A DNA stretch of 64,000 nt from positions 12,735 through 76,734 of the forward strand of contig WARW01000001.1 of NCBI GenBank assembly GCA_013387215.1. The letters are read 5' to 3'. Each line of letters opens with the position of its first letter. Position 1 is the first letter of the stretch. The position numbers and the translations under genes were made by a program. Under the pieces are notes generated by a model. The model was not told where the DNA came from and ran no database searches. It saw only the letters and a list, made by a program, of their open reading frames with translations. This DNA is from Patescibacteria group bacterium. Its GTDB lineage: Bacteria; Patescibacteriota; Microgenomatia; UBA12405. This document shows, piece after piece, positions 1 through 9,894 of this stretch.

Positions 1-77
1 AAAAGGTCAAAGTTCTGTTTTACATCATTGCTATTCCCTCGTTTTTGTTTGGGTTACTTTGTCTTTTAGTAAGATAA

Positions 78-593
78 ATGAAAAACAAAAAACATCAAAA
101 CAAAGCCGTTTGGACCTGTGACTTTTGTGAGCAAGAGTTTGGAACTAAAAATGAGGCCGATAAACATGAGTTAGGTTGCAAGAACAACTCTGCAAATCGA
201 GGGTCAAAATGGAATTTAGTCATGATTATTGGGAGTGTTATTTTAATTCTGATTATGGTGGGATTCTTTTTTTCCAGTGCCAATGAAAGTGGTAATGATA
301 AAATTTCTCCCACCCCCACTATTGACCCAGATCCAATTGTTAAATGTTCTTGGAAAAATGATCAAAATCCCAACCAGCCCAATTGTGCCGATAAAATGAT
401 GAAAAGTTCAGAATGTTTCGATTCCGTCTGTTGTAATTTGTTAAACGGTTCCTGGACTCCGCTTTCTAAAATTGAATGTGCTAAATTTCAAGCGCAAGTA
501 AGAGGAAGTAAACCTGCAATTTCTGTACCTTTACCTCAAACTACTCACTGTTATCCAGATTTACTGGGAGGAGTTACCTGTACTACTCAGTAA
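78..593 (+). CDS. Hypothetical membrane-anchored Cys-rich protein. N-terminal C2H2-like zinc-finger motif, one TM helix, Cys-rich C-terminal domain.
   Basis: ORF track. Motif CDFCEQEF...HELGC. Hydrophobic stretch LVMIIGSVILILIMVGFFF. 12 Cys in the C-terminal part. Confidence 0.4.
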   Translation: MKNKKHQNKAVWTCDFCEQEFGTKNEADKHELGCKNNSANRGSKWNLVMIIGSVILILIMVGFFFSSANESGNDKISPTPTIDPDPIVKCSWKNDQNPNQPNCADKMMKSSECFDSVCCNLLNGSWTPLSKIECAKFQAQVRGSKPAISVPLPQTTHCYPDLLGGVTCTTQ

Positions 594-596
594 TAT

Positions 597-1163
597 ATGA
601 AGTTTAAAATAATCTGCTTAATCTTAATCGTTGCCATTATTTTCGTTTTGAGACATGGTATCCCTTATTACCCGCCAGAAGATCAAACGGTTAATATCAA
701 GCCAGAAACCTTACCTTCCGACAGGGTTGAAAAGGATCTAAATGGTGATGAGGTCAAGGAAATCCTTATAGCTGATAACAGCCTAAAACTGGACCATTTA
801 TTTGATAAATCCTTTAATCCTGTTCACAGTAAGATCTTAACTTTAAAAGATGGAAAATATGTTGACGCCAGTGGTGATTTTAAGTCTTACTATCAAGACG
901 AAATTAAATTTTTTGAAGGTTATTTGGACACGCTAAAAAACAAACTCGATAATCCTCGACCTCAAGAAATCTTGGCTATTTCGGTTATGAGTTATCTAGA
1001 TTATGCTGAAATCGGCCAAAAGGATATTGGCTTTGATAAGTTTTGGCGTCAAACCGATATTAAAAATTGGCCGTCAAGAATCGTGGTTGATGAGGCTGAT
1101 AGGCAAATGGTTGATAAAGTTCGACAGAGAGTCAAAGAAATTTGTCTAACCCCTATTCATTAA
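597..1163 (+). CDS. Hypothetical secreted or membrane-anchored protein
   Basis: ORF begins 3 nt after the previous stop. N-terminal signal/TM (KIICLILIVAIIFVL). No recognisable domain. Confidence 0.4.
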   Translation: MKFKIICLILIVAIIFVLRHGIPYYPPEDQTVNIKPETLPSDRVEKDLNGDEVKEILIADNSLKLDHLFDKSFNPVHSKILTLKDGKYVDASGDFKSYYQDEIKFFEGYLDTLKNKLDNPRPQEILAISVMSYLDYAEIGQKDIGFDKFWRQTDIKNWPSRIVVDEADRQMVDKVRQRVKEICLTPIH

Positions 1164-1802
1164 AAAGAATGAACACCAATCACCATTAAACGATTCTAAA
1201 AGATTAAAACTTGTTCATCTTTCAAAGAAAATATGTTAAATAATTTCCTAATTTTACTGATAAATCAACTAAATGCTATTAAGTTAATCAGGACTTAAAA
1301 GGTTCATCAATGGCGTCAAATTGGAGGATAGTTTTATTATCTAAAATTAATAAATTTGATTAAAATTATTTGGAATTTAGTTAAAATTAATGTATTATTG
1401 AATAATATTATTGTACTTTTTATTATTAGTGTTCATGATAATAAAATAATTTAGTAGACGGCACTCCTAACTTGGGAATCATGCCTGTTTCTTCCAATAA
1501 AACAGAGACACAAATCATAATCGCTGTAGCTCTTTTGGGTTCCCATAAAGCGGGTGTCTGTTGTCGTGAAGTGATAAAAGTTAATGACGCCATGAAGTTT
1601 TGTTCTCAACGACACTAGTGTTTAGGTATAAATTGCCTCTTGACAAGAAATGCACAACCTTAGGGAATAATTATAAACTGAGTACTTGACTTTTATACCC
1701 CGTCTAATTTATCACTGAGGTAGACAGGTAAAGTTTCGAAATAGCACTAGAATCAAATCCTATCCAGTCATTGCCGGACTTTAGTGCGGCTAAAAACTAA
1801 AA

Positions 1803-2258
1803 ATGAAATCTACATTCGTAAAATTTATTCGCAATTCAGAAAGCTACTTTAAGCTAATTAAAAAGAGGCCAAGCGCTTTTGTCCTACTAAGTTTAATTGC
1901 TATCCGAGCTAGACGAACTAGTGAAAAGAATTTACCAATCGATTTAGAAATTGGAGGAGCCTTAATTGGGGACCATGATACTTATAAAGTCACCGAGGCG
2001 GTTTATCGGACTGATAAAAAATATCTTGAAAAAAATGGTTTTATTGTAACGACCAAAACGAATAGAAGGGGAACAATAGTTAAGCTCATAAACAAGGATA
2101 TATTTGATATCTGTCCTGAAACGATTCCATCAGACAACACGAGTAACAAAAGAAATATATCACTTGAGAAAACAAATAACACTATAGAACATTTCACCGG
2201 CGATCAAATTAAAACTTATTTACCTCATGAGGAAGATAACAAGGAGGGTAAAAGGTGA
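1803..2258 (+). CDS. Hypothetical protein, first gene of a putative mobile element
   Basis: 4-nt overlap with the downstream primase gene indicates an operon. No recognised domain. Confidence 0.4.
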   Translation: MKSTFVKFIRNSESYFKLIKKRPSAFVLLSLIAIRARRTSEKNLPIDLEIGGALIGDHDTYKVTEAVYRTDKKYLEKNGFIVTTKTNRRGTIVKLINKDIFDICPETIPSDNTSNKRNISLEKTNNTIEHFTGDQIKTYLPHEEDNKEGKR

Positions 2259-3169
2259 CTTCAGATCAAATTAAAGAATTAAAAAACAGAAATAAGATTT
2301 TCGTAGTAGCTAATAGGTTAGGTTTATTTAAAAGAAGTATTAGTGAAAATTATCAATCAACTTATTGTGTTAGCTGTCCAAATGTAAGTGTTCACAAAAA
2401 TAATGATCGTTCGCCCTCTCTAGCTTTATTACCCAGAATAAATAAATTCAAATGTTACACCTGTGGTATTGAGGGTGATGTCATTGAGTTGGTGCGAAAG
2501 GTCAGGAATTGCAGCTTTCAGGAAGCCATTCTTTGGCTTGATCCAAACGCAATTCTATCATCAGTCAAAAACCCTAAGGCTAAAGCCTATTTGAATAAAA
2601 AAGGTTTGTCTGTTGAAACCATAAAAAAGTTTTCAGTCTTTACTGGGGAATATTGGCATGATGGTCAAAAGTATGAGTGTGTTTATTTTCCCATCAAAAC
2701 AGGATTAAAGTATCGATTAATTGATTGTCCAGATTGTAAATACAAAAATGGTGTTAACGCCTTTCATTGTTTATTTAAAACAATTGAAGACTCGCCATAT
2801 GACTTAGTAGTTTTATGCGAAGGCGAGCTTGATAGTATGGTAGGTTGGCAAAACACCGGTTATCCATTTTGGAGTTCAACTGGTGGAACTAATACCTTTG
2901 ATCCTAGTTGGGTTAACGAACTTAAGAGATTCCATCAAATAATTATTGGTTATGACAATGACGATGCTGGAAAAGAAGGGGCTCAAAATACAATTAAAAC
3001 CCTTATAGATGGAGGGATTAATCGAGAAAACATTATTCAGATAGAAGTTCCCGAACTATTGGGCAAAGATTGGTCTGATTTTTTTACGGCAGGAATGAAG
3101 AAAGCGGATTTTGATGAATTAATTGAGATTGAACTAAATAAGAGAGGTAATCATGAATTTGTCAGATAA
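2255..3169 (+). CDS. DNA primase, phage/plasmid type (CHC2 zinc finger plus TOPRIM)
   Basis: CHC2 zinc-finger pattern YCVSCPNVSVH...KFKCYTCGIEGDVIELV. TOPRIM-like acidic motifs VVLCEGELDSM and GYDNDDAGKEG. Confidence 0.65.
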   Translation: MTSDQIKELKNRNKIFVVANRLGLFKRSISENYQSTYCVSCPNVSVHKNNDRSPSLALLPRINKFKCYTCGIEGDVIELVRKVRNCSFQEAILWLDPNAILSSVKNPKAKAYLNKKGLSVETIKKFSVFTGEYWHDGQKYECVYFPIKTGLKYRLIDCPDCKYKNGVNAFHCLFKTIEDSPYDLVVLCEGELDSMVGWQNTGYPFWSSTGGTNTFDPSWVNELKRFHQIIIGYDNDDAGKEGAQNTIKTLIDGGINRENIIQIEVPELLGKDWSDFFTAGMKKADFDELIEIELNKRGNHEFVR

Positions 3170-3402
3170 GACCGTAACCGATTTTCAAGAATTGTACTTT
3201 CGTAAAACAGGCCAAAAAATTTCTGATGAGGAAGCCAATGAAAAAGCATTAAATTTACTAACCTTTATGAAGTTAATTTATAAACCAATAAAATTCGACA
3301 AACAAAATTAGAAAAATAAATTATGTTAGTATTTAATTGCAACCAGAAAAATTCGTTGAAGTTTTTTAATGCCCTCATTGGACAGGACTTCAACGGTTCT
3401 GG

Positions 3403-5319
3403 TTGCACCAGTGGGGGCATTTAAGTATGGATAATACAAGCAAAATTGAAACAGGATCAAGATATTTTATTTATTGCCGCAAGTCATCAGACTCCGAAGA
3501 TAAACAAATAGCTTCATTGCCCGACCAAATAAAAGTGATGACTGAGTTGGCACACAAACTAAAATTAAAAATAGTTGATTCTCTCCAAGAGAAAAAATCT
3601 GCCTTTAAAATAGGAAGACCAGTATTTAATCAAATGATTGAAAGAATAAGTAGAGGTGAGGCCGACGCTGTTTTATGTTGGGATCCATCAAGAATTGCTC
3701 GCAATAGTAAAGATAGTGGCAACTTTATTTATCTTATGGATGAAGGAAAACTAAAAGAACTTAGAACTCCAAACAAGACTTTTTACAACACCGCTGATGA
3801 TAAGATGATGCTTAACGTTGAATTTACTATGACTAAAAAATATTCGGATGATTTAAGTGTTAATGTGCACCGCGGTAATCGCCATAAATTTTTTGATCTT
3901 AAGGAATGGGGTGGAGTCGCAAAACCAGGATACCTTAATTACACTGATCCATTGACCAAAGAAAATCATATAAAAACAGACCCTGATAGATTCGAGATGA
4001 TTCAAAAAGCAATCCTTCGGATTTTAGATGGAACTCATACCCCCATGGAATCACTGCGTGAACTTAATAACAAAGGGTATACAACCAGAAAAACAAAGAG
4101 TCTGGGTGGTAGACATTTAAGTAGGGCATCATTTTACAGAATATTAGCTGATAGTTTTTATTGTGGAGTTATGAAAAGAAAAGTAGGTGATAATCGTGAG
4201 GTAGGGAAAGGTTCCCATGAACCAATGATTTCAGAAGCTCAATTTGATTTATTGCAGATAAGACTCGGTAAAAAAGGTAAGCCTAGATATGGTAAAAATA
4301 ATTTTCCATATAAAAATTTATTGAAATGTGGTGAATGTGGTGGATCCGTTACCTGCGAAGAAAAATATCAGATTATCTGTCCTACTTGTAAAACTAAATT
4401 CCATAAAGGCAAAAAAACGGATGAATGTCCGAATTGTCATATGAAGATAGAGGAAATGAAGGATCCAAAACTACTACATTATATTTTTTATCACTGTACA
4501 AAGAGGGTTCATAAAGATTGTAGTCAAGGGAGTATAACTTTGGAAAATATGGAAAAAGAAATCGACTACAAACTGCAAAAGTTTGAGATTGATCAAGATT
4601 ATCGCGATTTTGCCATCGACCATCTGAAGGAATTGAACACCGCCGAGGAACAAGAACAGGAGACTTTAAGGGACAGGCTGAATAAGAGACTGGAAGAAAC
4701 CAACTGGAGCATCAATAACTTGATTAGATTGAGAACCAGAAGAGAAAATGTAAATGACTATGAAAACGAGGACAAACAAAAAGCCTACGATGAAGAAGAA
4801 GATAGATTATTGGCTGAAAAGAAATTACTTAAAAAACAAATAGATGAGGTGGACGGTCAACAGATCGAAAGACTTGAAATGGCGAAAGAAACTTTCGATT
4901 TTGCTTACTATGCCCGCCACTACTTTGCTACTGGAGACGTCCTTACTAAAACCAAAATTCTGGCGAGACTTGGTTCGAACCTAACTATTAAAGATAAAGA
5001 ATTCCATATAGAAGGGGAAAATGCGTTTTTCTTAATCGAGAAAGGTAAGAAGGAGATTGCCGATATCATAAATTCGTTAGAACCTGAAGAAATACCGAAT
5101 AATTCCAAGGGATTATTAGCACTCGAACCAGTTTGTCAATCTTGGCGGAGGAGGTGGGATTCGAACCCACGAGTCCTTTCGAACACACGCTTTCCAGGCG
5201 TGCGCCATAAACCACTAGGCGACTCCTCCTTAGGTGAGAGTATTATATCTTATTACTCTATTTCTTCCAAAGACTCAAAAGAATTTACTGTTTTATTAGG
5301 GCTTCAAGCTGGTTTTTAG
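3403..5319 (+). CDS. Large serine recombinase (resolvase/invertase N-terminal domain, recombinase domain, Cys-rich zinc ribbon, coiled-coil C-terminus).
   Basis: N-terminal YFIYCRKSSDSEDKQ...SLPDQ (catalytic Ser context) and GEADAVLCWDPSRIARN. Central recombinase domain. CGECGG...CPTCKTK...CPNCH zinc-ribbon cluster. Lys/Glu-rich coiled coil. The last ~60 codons run antisense through a tRNA and are probably not real. The true start is probably M at 3427. Confidence 0.7.
   Translation: MHQWGHLSMDNTSKIETGSRYFIYCRKSSDSEDKQIASLPDQIKVMTELAHKLKLKIVDSLQEKKSAFKIGRPVFNQMIERISRGEADAVLCWDPSRIARNSKDSGNFIYLMDEGKLKELRTPNKTFYNTADDKMMLNVEFTMTKKYSDDLSVNVHRGNRHKFFDLKEWGGVAKPGYLNYTDPLTKENHIKTDPDRFEMIQKAILRILDGTHTPMESLRELNNKGYTTRKTKSLGGRHLSRASFYRILADSFYCGVMKRKVGDNREVGKGSHEPMISEAQFDLLQIRLGKKGKPRYGKNNFPYKNLLKCGECGGSVTCEEKYQIICPTCKTKFHKGKKTDECPNCHMKIEEMKDPKLLHYIFYHCTKRVHKDCSQGSITLENMEKEIDYKLQKFEIDQDYRDFAIDHLKELNTAEEQEQETLRDRLNKRLEETNWSINNLIRLRTRRENVNDYENEDKQKAYDEEEDRLLAEKKLLKKQIDEVDGQQIERLEMAKETFDFAYYARHYFATGDVLTKTKILARLGSNLTIKDKEFHIEGENAFFLIEKGKKEIADIINSLEPEEIPNNSKGLLALEPVCQSWRRRWDSNPRVLSNTRFPGVRHKPLGDSSLGESIISYYSISSKDSKEFTVLLGLQAGF
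5143..5229 (-). tRNA. tRNA-Ser (anticodon GGA) with long variable arm; CCA encoded
   Basis: Reverse complement reads GGAGGAGTCGCCTAGTGG...CTGGAAAG...GGGTTCGAATCCCACCTCCTCCGCCA. 7-bp acceptor stem, T-loop TTCGAATCC, anticodon loop CTGGAAA. Confidence 0.8.
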
Positions 5320-5803
5320 CTTTTTTCAGCAATATTTTTTCAGAATCGTAAGCCAATTTTTGGTTGGCTTCATCAAACGTAAACCAATCTCTTTCCAACA
5401 CCAGTTCCTTGTCGTAATATTTCAAATTGCTTGGCTCCAAATATTCCATCAAAAAGAAAGTTACTTTTTTGACAATTTTTTTTCTCAATTCTTTATCCCA
5501 GATAATATAATTGTTTGATCCCAATTTAATTACCACTTTAGCTTTTACTCGGCCTTCTTCTTCCACTTCTCTCAAAGCGGCTTGTTTTAAAAATTCATTT
5601 TTTTGCAAATGGCCTTTGGGAAATTTGTACACCGACTTTAATTCTTTACCTGTCATTCGGCCAATATTCTCCGTCCGGTTGTTGGTTGAAGTTTTAATTA
5701 AAAGCCAATATACTTTTCCGTTCTCAATTTTATAGACCAGTCCACCCGCGGATCGTTCATCGAAGTTCACTTCGTCATTGGTTTTAATTATTTCGGGTTT
5801 CAT
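5285..5803 (-). CDS. NUDIX hydrolase
   Basis: Nudix box GHLQKNEFLKQAALREVEEEGRV matches GX5EX7REUXEEXGU. Confidence 0.7.
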   Translation of the reverse strand: MKPEIIKTNDEVNFDERSAGGLVYKIENGKVYWLLIKTSTNNRTENIGRMTGKELKSVYKFPKGHLQKNEFLKQAALREVEEEGRVKAKVVIKLGSNNYIIWDKELRKKIVKKVTFFLMEYLEPSNLKYYDKELVLERDWFTFDEANQKLAYDSEKILLKKAKNQLEALIKQ

Positions 5804-5844
5804 TTTTATAAATAGTTTCTGATTTTACCAGGTTTATTGCAATG

Positions 5845-5918
5845 TGTGTTCGAGAGGATTTGAACCTCCAATCACTCCCTTCGGAGGGGAGTACTCTATC
5901 CAGTTGAGCTACGAACAC
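5845..5918 (-). tRNA. tRNA-Arg (anticodon CCG)
   Basis: Reverse complement reads GTGTTCGTAGCTCAACTGGATAGAGTACTCCCCTCCGAAGGGAG...GGAGGTTCAAATCCTCTCGAACACA. Anticodon loop CTCCGAA. Confidence 0.8.
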
Positions 5919-5935
5919 AAATACTGTATTTTACC

Positions 5936-8536
5936 TTAATCCATCAGATTAACTTCCAGCTTGTTGCCTTTTTCATCTACCACCACTCCAGTCACATCAT
6001 CAGCATTTTCTTCTTTATCTAATAATATTAAGGCTAATTTATCTAGTATTTCTGTTTGGATTAACCTCTTAAGCGGTCTGACTCCAAAAATAGGATCATA
6101 AGCTTTCTTGGCTAAATATTTTTTAGCTTTTTCGCTCACTGTCATCACTACATTTTGATCTTTAAGTTGATTAATAATTCTTCCGAGCTGTATATCAACA
6201 ATCTTAGTTAATTCGTCTGGTGTCAATTTTTTAAATATTATGACTTGATCCAAACGGTTTAAAAATTCTGGTTTGAAACCGCGTCTTAAAATTTCCCAAA
6301 CTTCCAGCTCCAAAAGATCTTCTTTTTTCTTCGACACATTATCTTGAATTATTCCCGACGCAATATTGGAAGTCATAATAATAACCGTGTTGGTGAAATC
6401 AACAGTTCTACCCTTACCATCGGTTAATCTTCCTTCATCCAGTACTTGTAAAAACAAACTGAATATTTGTGGATTTGCTTTCTCGATTTCATCTAAAAGT
6501 ACCACTGTGTATGGTCTTCTCCTGACCGCCTCTGTTAATTGTCCGCCTTCTTCAAAACCGACATAACCTGGAGGCGCCCCAATTAATCTGGCGACCGTAT
6601 GAGGTTCGCTGTATTCACTCATATCGATTCTTACCAATGCTTTTTCATCATTGAATAATTGTTCTGCCAACGCTTTTGCTGTTTCGGTTTTACCAACTCC
6701 TGTGGGTCCTAAAAATAAGAATGTGGCAATTGGTCTGGTCTGTTCACCCAAATGTAATCGTGATCTTCTGACTGCATTTGCCACTGCCGAGATTGCCTCA
6801 TCTTGTCCTACCACTCTTAATTTTAAAATTGCTTCTAGTTTCTTTAATTTTTCTGATTCTGATTTCAACATTCTGTTGGCTGGAATTCCGGTCCATTTAG
6901 CGACTATTTTTGCAATATCGTCTACATCAACTTCTTGTTTAATTAACTTTTCTTCTATCGGAATTTCATTCCATTTCTTTTCTGCCTTTTCCAATTTTTT
7001 TTGATTTTCAGGAATTAATCCATATTTAATTTCTGCTGCCTTATCTAGTTCCAAATTTCTTTCGGCAACCCCTAAATCATATTTTAATTTATCTAAATTT
7101 TCTTTTAAGCTTTGAACCTCATTTAAAGTGGCTTTTTGTTGTTTCCATTTTAAGTTCATTCCTTGCATTTTTTCCCTATATTCGGCTAATTCTTTTCTGA
7201 CTTCATCCAATCTTTTCTCTGTGTTTGGATTATTTTCTTTGGATAATGCTTTTTCTTCTATTTCTAGCTGTCGGACTTTTCGGTTCAAGTTATCAATAAT
7301 TGCTGGTGCCGATTCCATTTCAATTCTTAAACCAGATGCTGCCTCATCAATTAAATCTATTGCCTTGTCTGGCAAAAATCTGTCCCTAATATATCGATCG
7401 GACAGTTTGGCTGCTGCCACCAAAGCCGCATCAGTTATTTTTATTCCATGATGAATTTCATATTTTTCTTTTAAACCTCTTAAAATTGAAATTGTGCTTT
7501 CTACATTTGGTTCATTCACCATCACCGGTTGAAATCTTCTTTCCAATGCTGCATCTCTTTCAATATATTTTCGATATTCATTTAAAGTAGTGGCTCCAAT
7601 TACTCTCAAAACTCCTCGGGCCAGTCCAGGTTTCAGCATATTTGAGGCATCGACTGCGCCCTCTGCTCCGCCAGCCCCAACGATTGTATGTAATTCATCA
7701 ATAAATAAAATTACCTGACCTTCGCTTTTAATTACTTCATCAATCACACTTTTCAATCTTTCTTCAAACTCTCCTCTAAATTTAGCACCAGCCAAAATTG
7801 TGGAAATTTCCAAAGTTAAAAGTTTTTTATTTTTTAAAGATTCAGGCACATCGCCGCTGACAATTCTTGAGGCCAGTCCTTCCACGATGGCAGTTTTACC
7901 AACTCCAGGATCTCCCACTAAAACCGGATTATTTTTGGTCCGGCGCGACAACACTTGCATCACCCTTCTGATTTCTTCTTCGCGGCCAATTACTGGATCT
8001 AATTTTCCTGATTTAGCCAAGCTTGTTAGATCGATTGTGTATTTTTGCAACGCTTTATACGTTGTTTCTTTTGTTTCTGTATCCACGGTTTTTCCTTGTC
8101 TTAAATCAATAATTGCTTCATTTATTTTATTATCATTTACTTCATTGTCTTCTAAAATTCGTCTGACTTCATAAGCACCCCGGTTGCTCACTGCTTTTAA
8201 AAGCATTTCTTGTGGCACAAAACTATCCCCAAATTTTCGGCTTTCATTAATAGCGGTTTGAAGGGTTTCTTGGAGTTTCCTGGAAATTTGAGGTTCTGGT
8301 GTTGGACCCTCAAAAACCGGCATTCTGTTTAAGGCATAGGCAATATCTTCTTTTAATTTATTAAAGCTCAAAGCTTCCTGTTTTAAAATTTCCCGGCTGA
8401 TTCCTTCGCCTTCCGATAATGCCCAAAGTAGGTGCAATTCATCTACTTCTGGGTTTCTTCTGGCAGCAGCTTCTGTAACTGCTTTTTGAAGAGTCTCAAG
8501 TGACAGTTGAGTGAATTGAGTCTGATCCATATTCAA
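5936..8536 (-). CDS. clpB: ATP-dependent chaperone ClpB (Clp N-domain, two AAA+ modules, middle coiled coil).
   Basis: Two Walker A motifs ([16 protein letters not shown]). Clp_N repeats. Long coiled-coil insert. 866 aa. Confidence 0.9.
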   Translation of the reverse strand: MNMDQTQFTQLSLETLQKAVTEAAARRNPEVDELHLLWALSEGEGISREILKQEALSFNKLKEDIAYALNRMPVFEGPTPEPQISRKLQETLQTAINESRKFGDSFVPQEMLLKAVSNRGAYEVRRILEDNEVNDNKINEAIIDLRQGKTVDTETKETTYKALQKYTIDLTSLAKSGKLDPVIGREEEIRRVMQVLSRRTKNNPVLVGDPGVGKTAIVEGLASRIVSGDVPESLKNKKLLTLEISTILAGAKFRGEFEERLKSVIDEVIKSEGQVILFIDELHTIVGAGGAEGAVDASNMLKPGLARGVLRVIGATTLNEYRKYIERDAALERRFQPVMVNEPNVESTISILRGLKEKYEIHHGIKITDAALVAAAKLSDRYIRDRFLPDKAIDLIDEAASGLRIEMESAPAIIDNLNRKVRQLEIEEKALSKENNPNTEKRLDEVRKELAEYREKMQGMNLKWKQQKATLNEVQSLKENLDKLKYDLGVAERNLELDKAAEIKYGLIPENQKKLEKAEKKWNEIPIEEKLIKQEVDVDDIAKIVAKWTGIPANRMLKSESEKLKKLEAILKLRVVGQDEAISAVANAVRRSRLHLGEQTRPIATFLFLGPTGVGKTETAKALAEQLFNDEKALVRIDMSEYSEPHTVARLIGAPPGYVGFEEGGQLTEAVRRRPYTVVLLDEIEKANPQIFSLFLQVLDEGRLTDGKGRTVDFTNTVIIMTSNIASGIIQDNVSKKKEDLLELEVWEILRRGFKPEFLNRLDQVIIFKKLTPDELTKIVDIQLGRIINQLKDQNVVMTVSEKAKKYLAKKAYDPIFGVRPLKRLIQTEILDKLALILLDKEENADDVTGVVVDEKGNKLEVNLMD

Positions 8537-8601
8537 ATTTTAATCCATTTAGCACTAAAATGCAACGAGTGCTAAATGCTAAAAAATAATCAAAATTAAA
8601 C

Positions 8602-9504
8602 CTATTTTTTCCGGGCTATTATCAATTGAAGGGGAATCAAAAGGAAATTATTGGCGATAGTGTACAAAATGGCTGGCAGGGCTGTTAACGGATTAAAAAG
8701 TGATAATGCCACTAAAGTTGCCAATGTGTAATTTTTATAGCTCGAAGAAATTGCAAAAGTAATTTTTTCTGAATATTTTTTCCCCAATAAAAAACCCAAT
8801 GAAAAATCAAAAACTATCAAAAAAACAACAAACATTGCTAACCCGATTGATCTTGATAAATCAGCCAATACCACATTTCTGATTGGCGACACGATTCCCA
8901 TAATTATTAAAAATAATATACCCACCGAAAGACTTGGACTGTATTTGCTCAATGGTTTGCCGATTCCAATCCATCTGGCGATAATAGCCGCAATAATTGG
9001 CACCACTACCAGCCATAAAATAGTCGATCCCATTTCAATTGGATTCATTTCGATTGTTGTTCTGGCAAACACCCAGGCCACCAATGGCACAATCACTGGA
9101 CTGATAATATTTGAAATTGAAGTCACGACTAAGGCTTTGGTTGGTTCGCCGCCATAAATATTACATAAAAAAACGGCGCTTCTTCCAGCAGGAATTGTGG
9201 ATGCTAATATTAATCCTAAAAATATTTCTGGAGAAAAATAATCTTTTAAAAACAAGACGATTAATGGAGATGCAAAGTGGACAATTAAAAGGACAATTAT
9301 TTGTTTATTAAATCCAGTCAAGCTTTCGAGTACTTCTTTTGCATTAATATCCAAGCAGCTCAAAAACATCATTGCCATCAAAAGATAGCTTAAAATTGGT
9401 TTCAAATTTAATCCTAAAAACGGAAAACAAAAACTGACTGCAATCGCAATAAAAATTATTAGCCAAGTGTATTGCTTAACCATATAAACCGCTCCTTTTA
9501 GCAT
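8602..9504 (-). CDS. Polytopic membrane transporter, BASS/AEC-like (bile acid:Na+ symporter superfamily)
   Basis: About 9 predicted TM helices. Motif ASTIPAGRSAVFLCNIYGGEPTKAL resembles the SBF-family signature. Confidence 0.4.
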   Translation of the reverse strand: MLKGAVYMVKQYTWLIIFIAIAVSFCFPFLGLNLKPILSYLLMAMMFLSCLDINAKEVLESLTGFNKQIIVLLIVHFASPLIVLFLKDYFSPEIFLGLILASTIPAGRSAVFLCNIYGGEPTKALVVTSISNIISPVIVPLVAWVFARTTIEMNPIEMGSTILWLVVVPIIAAIIARWIGIGKPLSKYSPSLSVGILFLIIMGIVSPIRNVVLADLSRSIGLAMFVVFLIVFDFSLGFLLGKKYSEKITFAISSSYKNYTLATLVALSLFNPLTALPAILYTIANNFLLIPLQLIIARKK

Positions 9505-9585
9505 GATTATATTTTTTCATAAAAATCAATCCAATAACACCCCAAAATATGTGTTACTATTATTACAGAGAGGTTAGAAATCAAA

Positions 9586-9894
9586 ATGACTTTTAACGAA
9601 ATTAAAGAAAAAATTAAATCTTTATTTCCTGGAGTTTATTCTGAAGTCGGTATCAGTGCTATTTTGCAGGAATTAATTTCTATGGATAAGGAAATCAGAA
9701 ATGAGTTTGAAAATTATCTTTCTGGCAAGCCGGTAAAAGATTTAAAATTTGCCGGCTACACTCTTAAAAAATTAGAACTTGAACATGGCATGAATCCCAT
9801 TGCTGGATTTTTAACCTTAGATTGGATCAAAAGAAGTCCAAAAGATGCCACCGAATCCCTCAAAAGAGGTCACGACACATTTAAATTTCGCTAA
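9586..9894 (+). CDS. Hypothetical protein
   Basis: ORF with no recognised motif. Confidence 0.4.
   Translation: MTFNEIKEKIKSLFPGVYSEVGISAILQELISMDKEIRNEFENYLSGKPVKDLKFAGYTLKKLELEHGMNPIAGFLTLDWIKRSPKDATESLKRGHDTFKFR

Noticed and set aside
95-319. 74-aa minus-strand ORF overlapping the first gene
   Set aside because: It is fully antisense to the 78-593 ORF, which has better coding features (TM plus Cys-rich domain). It is likely spurious.
5230-5319. C-terminal tail of the serine recombinase ORF running through tRNA-Ser and beyond
   Set aside because: The frame is open by chance across a GC-rich tRNA on the opposite strand. The translated tail (WRRRWDSNPRVLSNTRFPGVRHKPLG...) is the antisense of the tRNA and not recombinase-like.
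6366-8174. Several 60-120-aa plus-strand ORFs (6366-6566, 6651-7004, 7128-7451, 7800-8174) inside the clpB region
   Set aside because: They lie antisense to a highly conserved clpB coding sequence, have low-complexity composition and no motifs. They are spurious six-frame ORFs. The same applies to the antisense ORFs inside groEL, eno, malic enzyme, the RloC-like gene and others.
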